NCBI GenBank assembly: GCA_038844785.1
Contig: JAWBRA010000014.1
Location: 1-47,159, forward strand
Origin: Candidatus Caldarchaeum sp.
GTDB taxonomy: Archaea; Thermoproteota; Nitrososphaeria_A; Caldarchaeales; Caldarchaeaceae
Reading direction: 5' to 3'
DNA length: 47,159 nt
Both the position numbers and the translations under genes were made by a program. This document shows, piece after piece, positions 37,856-47,159 of this stretch. The notes under the pieces were generated by a model. It did no database searches. It was given only the letters and a program-made list of their open reading frames with translations, and was not told the DNA's origin. How positions within the stretch are numbered: the stretch's first letter is position 1; each line of letters starts with the position of its first letter.

Positions 37856-38860
37856 TTACTCTGTTTCAGTGACGAAACGCCAGAGCTCGTCTTGGACAGG
37901 GCCTTTTATCTTCTCCTCCCCCTCCTTCGAGAAAATCCGCATGCCCATCTTCCTTTTAACGATCCGTCCGATAACCCTAGCTTCGGTCTTCTCAACAACC
38001 CTCTTGCTCAGCCGCGATGCAGTAGCTAGAAGCGTTCCCGAGCTTATCAGCTTTAAAGGGTCTATGTCCAAGACGCGGCAGATCTTTTCCACCAACGGGT
38101 CGATCAACACTCTTGACCTATCTACATAAAACCCGACAGAAGAAGCTTGAGCCAACTCATACAGTCCGCCGGCCAACCCTCCTTCAGTAGGGTCATGCAT
38201 AGCGGAAACCCCTTCACGGGCAAAAGCCAAAGCTTCTTCAACTACGCTTGTTTTCCGAATGAAGCCGACGGCTCGTCTTATGCTGTTTGAACCGATGTTC
38301 CTCTTTCTCAAAACATGCGGATAGTCTGAGGCGATTATTGCAGCTCCTTCAAGCCCCACCGATTTGACCATCACTATAAGGTCTCCAGGCCTGGCTCCAT
38401 GGCTTGTTATCGGCTTACTACCTATGAGCCTGCCCATCATGTGGCCGACAACAGTAGGGGATGTGACGAATGGCGCTACTTCAGAATGCCCCGTGACCAC
38501 GGCGACTTTAAGCCTACGGCAGGCCATGTGAATCTGTTTTATTATCTTCGAAAGATCGCTGTAGCTGCTTCCTTTAGGCATTAAAATTGTTGATGAAAAC
38601 CAAGCAGGTTTCCCACCTGAAACAGCAACGTCGTTTGCCGAAGCATGCACCGCAAGCCATCCCACGAATTTTTTTGACCCAGTAATTGGGTCTGTTGAGA
38701 GCAAGTAAACGGTGTTAGATGTTTTAACCGCTCCAGCGTCCTCGCCGAAACTAGGCCAGACAACGACGTCTTTCCTCACATACCCGAGATGTTTGAGGAC
38801 ATATTTTTTCAAAACGTTCTCCGGAAGCTTTCCAAGGGGTAGCATCCGGCCTGAAACCAT
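37856..38860 (-). CDS. AIR synthase-related (PurM/HypE/ThiL superfamily) protein
   Basis: GKLP, GEDA, TDPITG, NDVA..G, GHSE, MHDPTEGG, DPLKLISSG. Confidence 0.85.
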   Translation of the reverse strand: MVSGRMLPLGKLPENVLKKYVLKHLGYVRKDVVVWPSFGEDAGAVKTSNTVYLLSTDPITGSKKFVGWLAVHASANDVAVSGGKPAWFSSTILMPKGSSYSDLSKIIKQIHMACRRLKVAVVTGHSEVAPFVTSPTVVGHMMGRLIGSKPITSHGARPGDLIVMVKSVGLEGAAIIASDYPHVLRKRNIGSNSIRRAVGFIRKTSVVEEALAFAREGVSAMHDPTEGGLAGGLYELAQASSVGFYVDRSRVLIDPLVEKICRVLDIDPLKLISSGTLLATASRLSKRVVEKTEARVIGRIVKRKMGMRIFSKEGEEKIKGPVQDELWRFVTETE

Positions 38861-38877
38861 GCCAGCATCCTTGAAGG

Positions 38878-39480
38878 CTATCCGAGGGCTTGGAGTATCT
38901 GCGCAGCCTTCCTTGCGTCAGCTGCGTTCTGAACCCTCGTGAGAAAACGTAGCTTTTCGTCGAAAACTCTGAAGCTCTGGGCTGAGATGTAGAGGATGTT
39001 GTTCACGTGTTTGACGAGCTCGGCCATCCGAAGGCTTGGATAATCTCTCATGGCTTTGAGAAACGGTTCAACCCTGTAGGACGCCGGTATGAACTCAGGT
39101 CTGTCGAAGAACGGTCTTGGTATGCCGGCTGAAAACCTTGTGATAAGGCTTCGTAAAAAGCCTGTGATATCCCTGTTGATGAACGGGATGTCGCATGAAA
39201 GTGCTAAAACACCGTCCGTCCCGACTTTCTGGAAAACAGGTTCAAGCTGAAAACGAATGTCAAGGCTTTCATCTGCAGCCTCCTCAAGCTCAGCACTGTA
39301 TTCGTCGGCAATCACCCTATAATCTTCTAGGCTCTTCTGATGCGATAAAATCAGTATGTTTTTTGCGTCGTCAGGAACCGAGTCAAGAACATACTCTATC
39401 ATGGGCTTGTTGTTTATTTTCAGAAGCCCTCTTCTGCCCATGCTACCTATGTTTGCGAACACGGCAGCCGTGTACTCCAT
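38878..39480 (-). CDS. MobA-like NTP transferase (divergent)
   Basis: MG..GLLKIN.KPMIEYV, LSCDIPFI, EFIPASY, and a C-terminus resembling the MobA F.NvN region. Confidence 0.6.
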   Translation of the reverse strand: MEYTAAVFANIGSMGRRGLLKINNKPMIEYVLDSVPDDAKNILILSHQKSLEDYRVIADEYSAELEEAADESLDIRFQLEPVFQKVGTDGVLALSCDIPFINRDITGFLRSLITRFSAGIPRPFFDRPEFIPASYRVEPFLKAMRDYPSLRMAELVKHVNNILYISAQSFRVFDEKLRFLTRVQNAADARKAAQILQALG

Positions 39481-39483
39481 GTT

Positions 39484-40431
39484 TCAGCGTCCCAGCTTTT
39501 CCCTAAGCCGTTGGATAGTAAGAGGAAGTATCTTATAAATGTCTCCGACGAAGAAATAGTCCGACTCAGCGGCAATGGGTGCGTTGGGGTCTGTGTTGAC
39601 CGCGACTACTGTTTTAGAGTCCCTCATTCCAACCAAGTGCTGAACCTGCCCCGAGATCCCTAGGGCTATGTACAGCTTTGGCCTCACCCTTTTGCCTGAA
39701 AGCCCTATGTGCCTATCCTCGCTCAACCATTTCAAGTCGCCTGAAATAGGTCTGCTGCATCCTATTTCCGCACCTATCAGACGCGCAATCTCCTCAGCCA
39801 TAGCAAGGTCTTCTTTTTTCTTGAAACCTCTTCCAACCGCAACAATGAGTTCGGCCCTCTCAAGCTCCACGTGCGCAGTCTCAGGTTTGATAAGCTCTAA
39901 GAACTCGACGGCGGGTGCTAAGACAGATACTTCAAACTTTTCAGTGGAAGGTTTTTTCTCACCAGCCTCACCTAGCTCCGCAGTATTTTTTAAAGTCACG
40001 ACTGCCGGGCTGTGCTTAAGCAGGACTGACGACATGTAGCCTCCGCCCAGCACAAGCCTTTTTGCAACAATTCCCTGACCGGTTCTCTCGAGAGACGTGC
40101 ATTCGGAGGCGTAGGAAGCGTTTAGGCGTTGGGCTGCTCTGGCCGCTATCTCGTTTCCGGTTTTAGAAGCCCAGAGAACCAGTAGGTCTGTATCGGTTTT
40201 TCTGGCAAGCTCAGCAAGCGCCGCTGCAGCGGAAGGCTCACCTCTGTCCCAAACGGTCTGCGGAAGCTGCCAGATCTTTTCAACCCCAGCCCTGCTGAGA
40301 AGGTTTGTTTCCTGCGATGAGGCTTCTCTGAATAAAGCCGCTGAAATACTGACCTCATGAATGTTTTTTCCAATGTATGCGGCCACTCCCGCCGCTATCT
40401 CTGTCTTTTCCGCAAAAACGAGCGCTTTCAT
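39484..40431 (-). CDS. etfA: electron transfer flavoprotein alpha subunit
   Basis: AELIVAVGRG, IGCSRP, IGLSGK.V.P.LYIA.GISG..QH..GM, N.D..API. Confidence 0.95.
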   Translation of the reverse strand: MKALVFAEKTEIAAGVAAYIGKNIHEVSISAALFREASSQETNLLSRAGVEKIWQLPQTVWDRGEPSAAAALAELARKTDTDLLVLWASKTGNEIAARAAQRLNASYASECTSLERTGQGIVAKRLVLGGGYMSSVLLKHSPAVVTLKNTAELGEAGEKKPSTEKFEVSVLAPAVEFLELIKPETAHVELERAELIVAVGRGFKKKEDLAMAEEIARLIGAEIGCSRPISGDLKWLSEDRHIGLSGKRVRPKLYIALGISGQVQHLVGMRDSKTVVAVNTDPNAPIAAESDYFFVGDIYKILPLTIQRLREKLGR

Positions 40432-41213
40432 CTCTTTCCAACCCCGTGGGCTATTATTGTTTCAGCAAGCCTGTCAGCAAGCTCCTCAGGCTTGCCTTCG
40501 AAAACCTCCCTACGCCGCTCCGTCTTCAAAGCCTTCACCTCCAACACCTCCGCCAAGGGTTTGAGGTCTTCATCTTTCAGCCCAAGCTCATCTCGCTTCA
40601 CTTCGTTTATGGGCTTTCTCTGCGCTGCTCTAATCATCAGAAGGCTCGGCAGCCTAGGCGTGTTGATTTCAAGCCCGACAGTAACAACCGCTGGAGTTTT
40701 GCACATCACAACCTTCACACCCTCCTCAACCGATTTCCAAGCTTTCAGAGACCCATCCAACCATTCAAGCTTGTTGACGTATGAGACATGAGGTATGTTG
40801 AATATCTCAGCCAGCCTAGGGCCTGTCTGGTAGGCGTTTTCGTCTAGCGAGGCTTCTCCGCAGAGTATCAAATCCCATTTCCCCATTTTTTTCTCAATGA
40901 TTTTCGCAAGGACAGCGGCTGTGACGTGGCCGTCTGCCCTCCTCATGGCGGGGTCTGAAAAGACGTATGCTTCGTCCGCACCCATCGCCAAACATTCTCT
41001 AACCAACAGCGTTTTCACATCGTGTCCGGCAGTCACCAAAACAACCTTGCCGCCATGTTTCTCCTTAATCCTTATGGCTTCCTCTAAAGCGTTGAGGTCG
41101 AAGTCGCTGTTTTTGAACTGGGCTTGGGAGAGCTGGGGAACAAGGGTTTCAGGATGCGGTTTAAGCTGGTAAACGTCGACCGTCTGCTTGACACACACAA
41201 CTATGTCCGGCAT
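40428..41213 (-). CDS. etfB: electron transfer flavoprotein beta subunit
   Basis: IVVCVKQ, D.NALEEA, LAMGAD, DLILCG..S.D, NTPRLP. Confidence 0.95.
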   Translation of the reverse strand: MPDIVVCVKQTVDVYQLKPHPETLVPQLSQAQFKNSDFDLNALEEAIRIKEKHGGKVVLVTAGHDVKTLLVRECLAMGADEAYVFSDPAMRRADGHVTAAVLAKIIEKKMGKWDLILCGEASLDENAYQTGPRLAEIFNIPHVSYVNKLEWLDGSLKAWKSVEEGVKVVMCKTPAVVTVGLEINTPRLPSLLMIRAAQRKPINEVKRDELGLKDEDLKPLAEVLEVKALKTERRREVFEGKPEELADRLAETIIAHGVGKR

Positions 41214-41358
41214 ACCGCATGCCTCACAGCTGCACGTCAGCGGCGACTAAAATACTATAGCTAAACAATTGTTTAAATGGTTTTGAACCGTTAAAAACGG
41301 ATTCCACGGACTTCTGTTCTAGTCTTGCATATATAGGAGCTGGTGTGAGAGGGCGGCG

Positions 41359-42108
41359 ATGAGGCTGGAACTATTCACCGCGCTTGCCTTAACGTTGTTC
41401 TTGCTGTCAAGCCCTTTGACTGCTTTTGCACAAGAGCCTGGCGATATTCCGTTAGGAAAGAGGATAACGGCTGAGCTACGCAGCCTTATCGAAAGTCATA
41501 AAGAAATGGTTAAGGAAGCCGTCGCAGAAATTAAAGCTCTTAAACAAGAGCTGCACGAGCAAAAGGTCTCCATCGTACGTCAATACATTGACGAGGTTAA
41601 AAGGGCAAGAGATGAGATACAGTCGCAGATAGACAGCTTGGTCAATCAGTTTCGAGCCGGCAACATATCGAGGGATGACTTCCTTTCACAAATGCACCTG
41701 TTGAAGGAGAGAATGAAGGCCTTGGCGAAAAGCTCAGAAAAACTCGGTGAACTGCTGAGCAGGTTTTCTAAAGAGGCTTCTCAAAAAATGAGGCAAACGA
41801 TTGAGGAGCTGAGGCAGGCTAACAAGGAGTTCGGCCAAAGTGTTGCCGAAACAGCTAGGAAAATAGGGGAGACAGCTAGAGCTGAGGCTTTAGAACACGG
41901 GAGGCGGGCTGGCAACGCTACCCAAACCGGCACACGGCGTGGACCACCTCCACGTAACGAGCCACCATCCCAACATGCAGGCAGCGGAGCTAACGTAACC
42001 CATACCCATACGCCGCCCGGACAAGAACACGAAAGGCAATCCCACCATGAAAGCGGAAGAGCGAACGCAACGCAGACCCATACGCCTCCCGGCCGACGCA
42101 ACCGCTAA
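41359..42108 (+). CDS. secreted coiled-coil protein with His/Pro/Thr-rich repeated tail
   Basis: Signal peptide ending AFA-Q, long helical region, tail repeats ANVTHTHTPPG/ANATQTHTPPG. Confidence 0.72.
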   Translation: MRLELFTALALTLFLLSSPLTAFAQEPGDIPLGKRITAELRSLIESHKEMVKEAVAEIKALKQELHEQKVSIVRQYIDEVKRARDEIQSQIDSLVNQFRAGNISRDDFLSQMHLLKERMKALAKSSEKLGELLSRFSKEASQKMRQTIEELRQANKEFGQSVAETARKIGETARAEALEHGRRAGNATQTGTRRGPPPRNEPPSQHAGSGANVTHTHTPPGQEHERQSHHESGRANATQTHTPPGRRNR

Positions 42109-42121
42109 AAATAGCTTCTGT

Positions 42122-43021
42122 CTAACCCTTGATCCTGACTATCTTTTCACGACCTCTTTTAAATCTCATCACACGCCCATTCTCCTCAAGAAGCTTAAGC
42201 ATCATGCTGACTCTAGCTTTAGACATGCCCGTCTCATCCACGATGATCGACTGGGAGACCGTCCCACCGTGTCTTTTGATGATGTCCAGTATCATCTGAA
42301 TGTCCGTGTTTTTCACCGGCTTAGCCCTCTTTCTGGCGAAAAACACAGCAGCCAAAACGGCCGCGGCCAACATTAAAACTAACGCGGGGTTAAGCCAGAA
42401 AGCCAGCCGGTTGGCTTCGTTTCCAGTTGTTGCAGGCGACAGGATTAGCCTCGGCTCACCGTCGCCGAAGCTTTTCCTACCATACCAACGCACTAAATTA
42501 CCCACAACCTCATCCGGCTTAGGCGAAACGTTCTCAACAACAAATCCTTCAGGTATTTTAACTGTGAAGGATTCGCCTTCCATGAGCGACAAGCCGCCGA
42601 TGAATACATCGCCGACCGAAAGCACACCATCATTTTTCACAGCGAAGCCAAGCCATGTGAAGGATATAGTTACAACACCGACAGCACCTGTCAGGGTCTG
42701 TCTGACGTCAGCGGTTACTTTAAAGTCAGAAAGCTTCATTTCACGGCCTAGGATGCTTGAAGCCTCGGAGACTATCCCCTCAACCCTAGCCTTGTATTCT
42801 TCCGCTGTCTCCTGGGCTATTGTCTCGGCAGCCGCCTTGAAGGCCTCCAAGTCTTCCCCGCTTTTCAACACATAACGGTGCTCTACATACCAGAGGCCGT
42901 TGCCGTCAGCATGAACAGATACTTCATAAAAGGTTGAAACGGGGATGGCTGGGGTTGTTAGCTGAGGTAAAACTAAGAGGACTGTCAACAGGGCTGTCGG
43001 CATGGGACTTTTGTTTTTCAA
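42122..43021 (-). CDS. single-pass membrane protein with extracellular domain and cytoplasmic winged HTH
   Basis: Signal peptide, beta-rich domain, TM helix, then ILDII..HGG...QS.I....GMSKA.VS..L..LE..G.V.R.K.GR. Confidence 0.8.
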   Translation of the reverse strand: MKNKSPMPTALLTVLLVLPQLTTPAIPVSTFYEVSVHADGNGLWYVEHRYVLKSGEDLEAFKAAAETIAQETAEEYKARVEGIVSEASSILGREMKLSDFKVTADVRQTLTGAVGVVTISFTWLGFAVKNDGVLSVGDVFIGGLSLMEGESFTVKIPEGFVVENVSPKPDEVVGNLVRWYGRKSFGDGEPRLILSPATTGNEANRLAFWLNPALVLMLAAAVLAAVFFARKRAKPVKNTDIQMILDIIKRHGGTVSQSIIVDETGMSKARVSMMLKLLEENGRVMRFKRGREKIVRIKG

Positions 43022-45033
43022 ACCGATTCGGCTACAACCTCAGCTATGTCCTTAAGCTTTATTTTTTCCTCCACCCCCATCACCCTGACAGCGTCGCCGA
43101 ACATCTGCATGCAGTAGGGACATTCAACGGCGAGGATAGAGGAGCCTGTGTTCAAAGCTTCACGAAGTCTTATCAAGCTCTCCCTATCGCTCCGCCTGAC
43201 CTCATACCAGTAGCTACTGCCGCCGGCTCCGCAGCAGAAGCTTTTCAACCTGTTTCTCCCCATCTCCACGAAGTTCTTGTCTCCAGCAACCTGCCTCAAA
43301 ACGAGACGTGGTTCTTCGAAGATGTTGTTAACCCGCCCAACATAGCAGGAGTCGTGCAGCGTTATCTTCTCATACAAAGGTTTTGAAAGCTTGATTTTTC
43401 CCGTCTTAAGAAGCTCCCCGATAACCTGCGTATGGTGGTAAACTTCCAGCTTTAAACCCAGTTCTGGATACTCTTTCTTTAAAGTGTTAAAGCAGTGGGG
43501 GCAGTGGGTTATCACTTTCCTTACATTAGCTTTCTTCAGCTGCTCGATGTTTGCGAGAGCCATCTCTTGAAAACGTCCCTCCTCACCCATTCTCCGGGCC
43601 GGGTCCCCTGTGCATGACTCATCCATTCCCAGTAGCGCGAAGGACACGCCGGCTTTCAAAAGTATTTTAGCCATGCTTTTCGCGATTTCACGGCTTCGGG
43701 CGTCGTAGAATGAGGCGCATCCAATCCAGTAAACATACTCGGCGTCAGGTTTTTCCCGAACTGTTTTGACACCCATTGCGGCCAGCTCGGACAAAAGCTT
43801 CTCCTTCTCTGATACGTCTAGCCCGTAGGGGTTTCCATACCTCGCTAGGTTTGTCAGCATCATGGTCTTCTTCTTATCCAACTTCCCCTCAAGCGTCAAA
43901 GCCCTTCTCATCTCAAGGATGTAGTCCATGGGTCTTAACAGTACGGGGCAGGCTTCGACGCAGGCGGAGCAGGTTGTGCATGCCCAAACCTCATCCTCAT
44001 CCACCAAGCCTGACCTGAAAACATCAATATCCAACCCATTCTCAGACCAGATTAAACCTTTCAGCTTCTGGACCACGTTTCTCGGCGAGAGTAAGGTTCC
44101 AGCCGCGAAGGCTGGGCATGCGGCTTCACAGCGTCCGCAGTCCGTGCAGGCGTCCAGCTCAAGCCTTTGCATCCAGTCCAGCTCGCTTAAGGTTCTAAAC
44201 CCTAGTTTAAACTCGGCTGAGGGGTCAAGCTCTTCAAGCTTGAATGGTGTCGACATTTTCCCAAGCGGAAGCTGTCTCGGAGCGTTTACAGCCAGGTGCA
44301 GCAAAGTGGAGAACATGTGTCCAAGAGATGTGTAAGGGATTAACGCAACCATCATGAAAGCAACAACAGCGTGACTCCACCACAAACCCTGGTAGAGGGG
44401 CAGGAGAAAAGGCTGCGGTAAAGACACAAAGACCGATGAAAGCGCTTTCCCCACAAAACTCCATCTACCCCAGGACCTCGGCTCAACGGCCAGTCTCATC
44501 CCCTCAAGAACATATCCCGACACACCTATGAAGAAAAGCCCTGAAAGCACCAAAACATACTCGGTTTTGTAGCGAAGCCTTTTCTCGGGTGCGAGCACCC
44601 TGCGGTAAAGCAGGATCATCAGCCCAGCCAGCAGGGCAAGACCCATCAAATCGAGAACCAACTCGTAAAAAAGGTAGAGATCACCCTTGAGAAAACGGGT
44701 TCCTAAAACACGGATTATGTCATAGTCGATGAACACTAGGGTGGTTCCGATGAAAAGAGCTATCATGCCTGTGTATATAAGCGAATGCATGAGCCCGGCG
44801 AGTCGTTCACCGACCACCTTTCTTTGAAGAAGACCATACTTTGTAAGAAAACTGAGACCGGCTGCAACCGCTTGTATAAGCTCGCCAGCGCCTTTAACAC
44901 CCAGCCTACGCATACGGTATAACACACCGTAGATGAACAGTGCTGCAAAAGGCAGTAGTACCACGTACATGATGATGTCTGTTCCATGGGGCATCAGACC
45001 GTATGTTTCACGAATTGGCTCCAACATCTGCAA
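43018..45033 (-). CDS. membrane Fe-S/CCG oxidoreductase (FadF/EtfD-like; NarI-like TM domain, two 4Fe-4S motifs and CCG domains)
   Basis: TM domain with His residues, CTDCGRCEAACP, CTTCSACVEACP, SCTGDPARRMG, CPHC, HDSC, FCCGAGG, CPYC. Confidence 0.88.
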   Translation of the reverse strand: MQMLEPIRETYGLMPHGTDIIMYVVLLPFAALFIYGVLYRMRRLGVKGAGELIQAVAAGLSFLTKYGLLQRKVVGERLAGLMHSLIYTGMIALFIGTTLVFIDYDIIRVLGTRFLKGDLYLFYELVLDLMGLALLAGLMILLYRRVLAPEKRLRYKTEYVLVLSGLFFIGVSGYVLEGMRLAVEPRSWGRWSFVGKALSSVFVSLPQPFLLPLYQGLWWSHAVVAFMMVALIPYTSLGHMFSTLLHLAVNAPRQLPLGKMSTPFKLEELDPSAEFKLGFRTLSELDWMQRLELDACTDCGRCEAACPAFAAGTLLSPRNVVQKLKGLIWSENGLDIDVFRSGLVDEDEVWACTTCSACVEACPVLLRPMDYILEMRRALTLEGKLDKKKTMMLTNLARYGNPYGLDVSEKEKLLSELAAMGVKTVREKPDAEYVYWIGCASFYDARSREIAKSMAKILLKAGVSFALLGMDESCTGDPARRMGEEGRFQEMALANIEQLKKANVRKVITHCPHCFNTLKKEYPELGLKLEVYHHTQVIGELLKTGKIKLSKPLYEKITLHDSCYVGRVNNIFEEPRLVLRQVAGDKNFVEMGRNRLKSFCCGAGGSSYWYEVRRSDRESLIRLREALNTGSSILAVECPYCMQMFGDAVRVMGVEEKIKLKDIAEVVAESV

Positions 45034-45109
45034 ACCGTCACACTATACTTAAAAACTCATCTTTTAATGGTAACGCCCGAAAAATCAAACTTATCAATTC
45101 CCAAAAAAG

Positions 45110-46447
45110 ATGTATTTCGTGAGTGAAGTAGAGCGGTTCGGGAAGGTTGCGGTGAAGGCCGCTCCCTACTATGGCGGAAAGCTTGAGATAGTTCCCAAGA
45201 TACCGGTGAGGTCTTTAGAGGATTTTGCTGTCTGGTACACGCCTGGGGTTGCGGCCGTATGTAAGGCCATCGCCGCCGACAAGGAGCTCAGCTTCGACTA
45301 CACCTGGAGGTGGAACACCATAGCCGTAGTGACAAACGGCACCAGAGTCTTAGGGCTTGGAAACATCGGCCCCGAAGCAGCCTTGCCCGTGATGGAGGGA
45401 AAGGCGTTGATCTTCAAGTTTCTAGGGGGGGTTGACGCCTTCCCATTATGTCTAAACATTACCGACCGAAACAAGTTTGTTGAGGTGGTCAAGACTCTTG
45501 AACCCGGCTTAGGTGGCATAAATCTCGAAGACATCGCTTCACCCGACTGCTTCTACATCCTCGACAGATTGCGACAGGAGATGTTCATCCCGGTCTGGCA
45601 TGACGACCAGCTAGGCACGGCGGGTGCGACGCTAGCCGGTCTCTACAACTCTCTCAGGTTTACCGACAGAAAGCTTTCCGAGTGCTCGATCGTTCTTTAC
45701 GGAGCCGGAGCCGCCAACATCGCCACCGCCCGTCTCTTAGAAAAGGCTGGAGCCAACATGTCTAAGATGATTCTCATAGACACAAAAGGTATCCTTCACG
45801 CCGAAAGAGAGGACATGGATGAGCTGATGCTGAAAAATCCGTGGAAGTACGAGCTAGCCCTTAAGACAAACAAGGCGAAGTTAAGCGGAGGATTGCCGGA
45901 AGCTCTGGAAGGAGCTGATGTTCTGATAGCAGCATCTATTCCAGGACCCGGGGTGATTAAGAAAGAATGGATTAAAAAGATGGCTGAAAAGCCTGTGGTT
46001 TTTCTGCTCGCAAACCCTGTTCCCGAGATGTGGCCTTGGGAAGCTAAGGAGGCTGGTGCAGCGGTTGTAGCCACCGGAAGGAGCGATTTCCCAAACCAAG
46101 TCAACAACAGCCTCGTCTTCCCCTCAGTTTTCAGAGGAGCTTTAGACGTGCGAGCTAGAACGATATCGGATACGATGATTTTGAGGGCGGCTCAAGCCTT
46201 GGCGGAGTACATACCTGAGGAAAAGCTTACGGCTGAACATATAATCCCGACGATGGAAGAATGGGAGGTTTACGTGTATGTTGCTGCTGCGGTTGCGGAG
46301 CAGGCAGCTGCTGAAAACATCGCCAGAAGACCTCTAACCTACGACGAAGAATTCGCGAGGGCGAGAAAAGTGATAGAAAGGTCTAGGAAGGTTTTAATGT
46401 CGCTTATGGAGAGACGTTTCATAAAGCCGCTTCCCCAGGTCGATTAG
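45110..46447 (+). CDS. NAD(P)-dependent malic enzyme
   Basis: YTPGVA, VLGLGNIGP.A.LPVMEGK, INLEDI, HDDQ.GT, GAGAA, ANPVPE, ATGRSD.PNQVNN. Confidence 0.95.
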   Translation: MYFVSEVERFGKVAVKAAPYYGGKLEIVPKIPVRSLEDFAVWYTPGVAAVCKAIAADKELSFDYTWRWNTIAVVTNGTRVLGLGNIGPEAALPVMEGKALIFKFLGGVDAFPLCLNITDRNKFVEVVKTLEPGLGGINLEDIASPDCFYILDRLRQEMFIPVWHDDQLGTAGATLAGLYNSLRFTDRKLSECSIVLYGAGAANIATARLLEKAGANMSKMILIDTKGILHAEREDMDELMLKNPWKYELALKTNKAKLSGGLPEALEGADVLIAASIPGPGVIKKEWIKKMAEKPVVFLLANPVPEMWPWEAKEAGAAVVATGRSDFPNQVNNSLVFPSVFRGALDVRARTISDTMILRAAQALAEYIPEEKLTAEHIIPTMEEWEVYVYVAAAVAEQAAAENIARRPLTYDEEFARARKVIERSRKVLMSLMERRFIKPLPQVD

Positions 46448-46449
46448 CC

Positions 46450-46917
46450 ATGGGGGAGATAATTTTTAGAAAAGCTGAAAAACGCGACATCCAAAGCCTC
46501 GTTGACCTCAACATCAGGCTTAAACGTTTAAACGAGGAGTTCGACCCTCTTCTCAGAGTGAGGAACGACATCGCTGAGAAGTCAAAAGAGTACTTCGAAA
46601 CGGCCATGAACTCCCCCAACTCCCTTGTAGTTGTCGCCGAGGATGGAGGCCGTGTGGTCGGGTTTATCAAAGCCGACATACGTGAGAGAATTTTCTACGA
46701 GCCCCGGATGGCGGGGAACATCGTCGAGTTCTATCTCCTCCCAGAGTACAGACGTAAAGGAGTTGGTGCAAAGCTTCTTGACTACGCCGTCAAACAGCTC
46801 AGGGAGAAAGCCGACATAATAACCGCCGAGTTCCCATCACTCAATGAAATCGCAGTTGAATTTTACACCCGCCATGGATACAGGGGCATCGTAAGCATCT
46901 ATGCCCGTGAGAGTTAA
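46450..46917 (+). CDS. GNAT-family N-acetyltransferase
   Basis: VVAE....VGF, PEYRRKGVG..LL, N..A..FY...GY. Confidence 0.88.
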   Translation: MGEIIFRKAEKRDIQSLVDLNIRLKRLNEEFDPLLRVRNDIAEKSKEYFETAMNSPNSLVVVAEDGGRVVGFIKADIRERIFYEPRMAGNIVEFYLLPEYRRKGVGAKLLDYAVKQLREKADIITAEFPSLNEIAVEFYTRHGYRGIVSIYARES

Positions 46918-46944
46918 AAGCAAGCTAACACAACCATTTACGAC

Positions 46945-47035
46945 GCTCCGGTAGTATAGCCCGGTCAAGTATGCCGGCCTCTCGAGCCGGAGAGCTGGAG
47001 GCCCGGAGACCCGGGTTCAAATCCCGGCCGGAGCA
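46945..47035 (+). tRNA. tRNA-Glu(CTC) with a 16-nt intron at non-canonical position 45/46 (46993-47008)
   Basis: Acceptor GCTCCGG/CCGGAGC; anticodon stem CCGGC/GCCGG; anticodon CTC 46981-46983; the insert in the variable loop forms a BHB motif. Confidence 0.92.
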
Positions 47036-47159
47036 AAAGTCATCACTACGGCCCAGACCGCATGGAACAACATTTTGTGGGGAGGGGTGTAGGGCTTCTT
47101 AGTTGGCTAGGCATCCCCACGGCATAGATGCCCCTATGCTCTAGATAAGTGTAGAACCG

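Noticed and set aside
47036-47159. Possible integrated element downstream of tRNA-Glu
   Set aside because: Only 124 nt are visible, with no att duplication or integrase in the window.

Overview
Gene-dense archaeal chromosomal segment, most consistent with a thermophilic TACK archaeon such as Aigarchaeota/Caldarchaeales (inferred from TFB, PCNA, aIF1, Lsm, archaeal MAT, NucS, intron-containing tRNAs, F420 genes and nirK). Most of the window is housekeeping or metabolic: beta-CASP nuclease, cofC/cofD plus an FbiB-C/FbiE-like reductase, ppdK, cysS, tfb, elp3, nucS, mat, ileS, nirK-SCO, etfAB plus an EtfD/FadF-like protein, malic enzyme and three tRNAs (two with introns). One accessory island (~26.75-29.75 kb) lies between mat and lsm. 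It encodes a compact IS110/TasR-like RuvC+Nop-type protein that lacks the IS110 catalytic SG loop. Directly downstream is a stem-loop whose internal loop carries two symmetric GCC-N9-TACC units, a candidate dual-guide RNA. The island also has a perfect 19-bp inverted repeat around the gene, a hairpin-dense GC-rich non-coding tract and a decayed IS6 copy. This candidate RNA-guided system is the most interesting feature. All family calls come from motif recognition by eye; no database searches were run.
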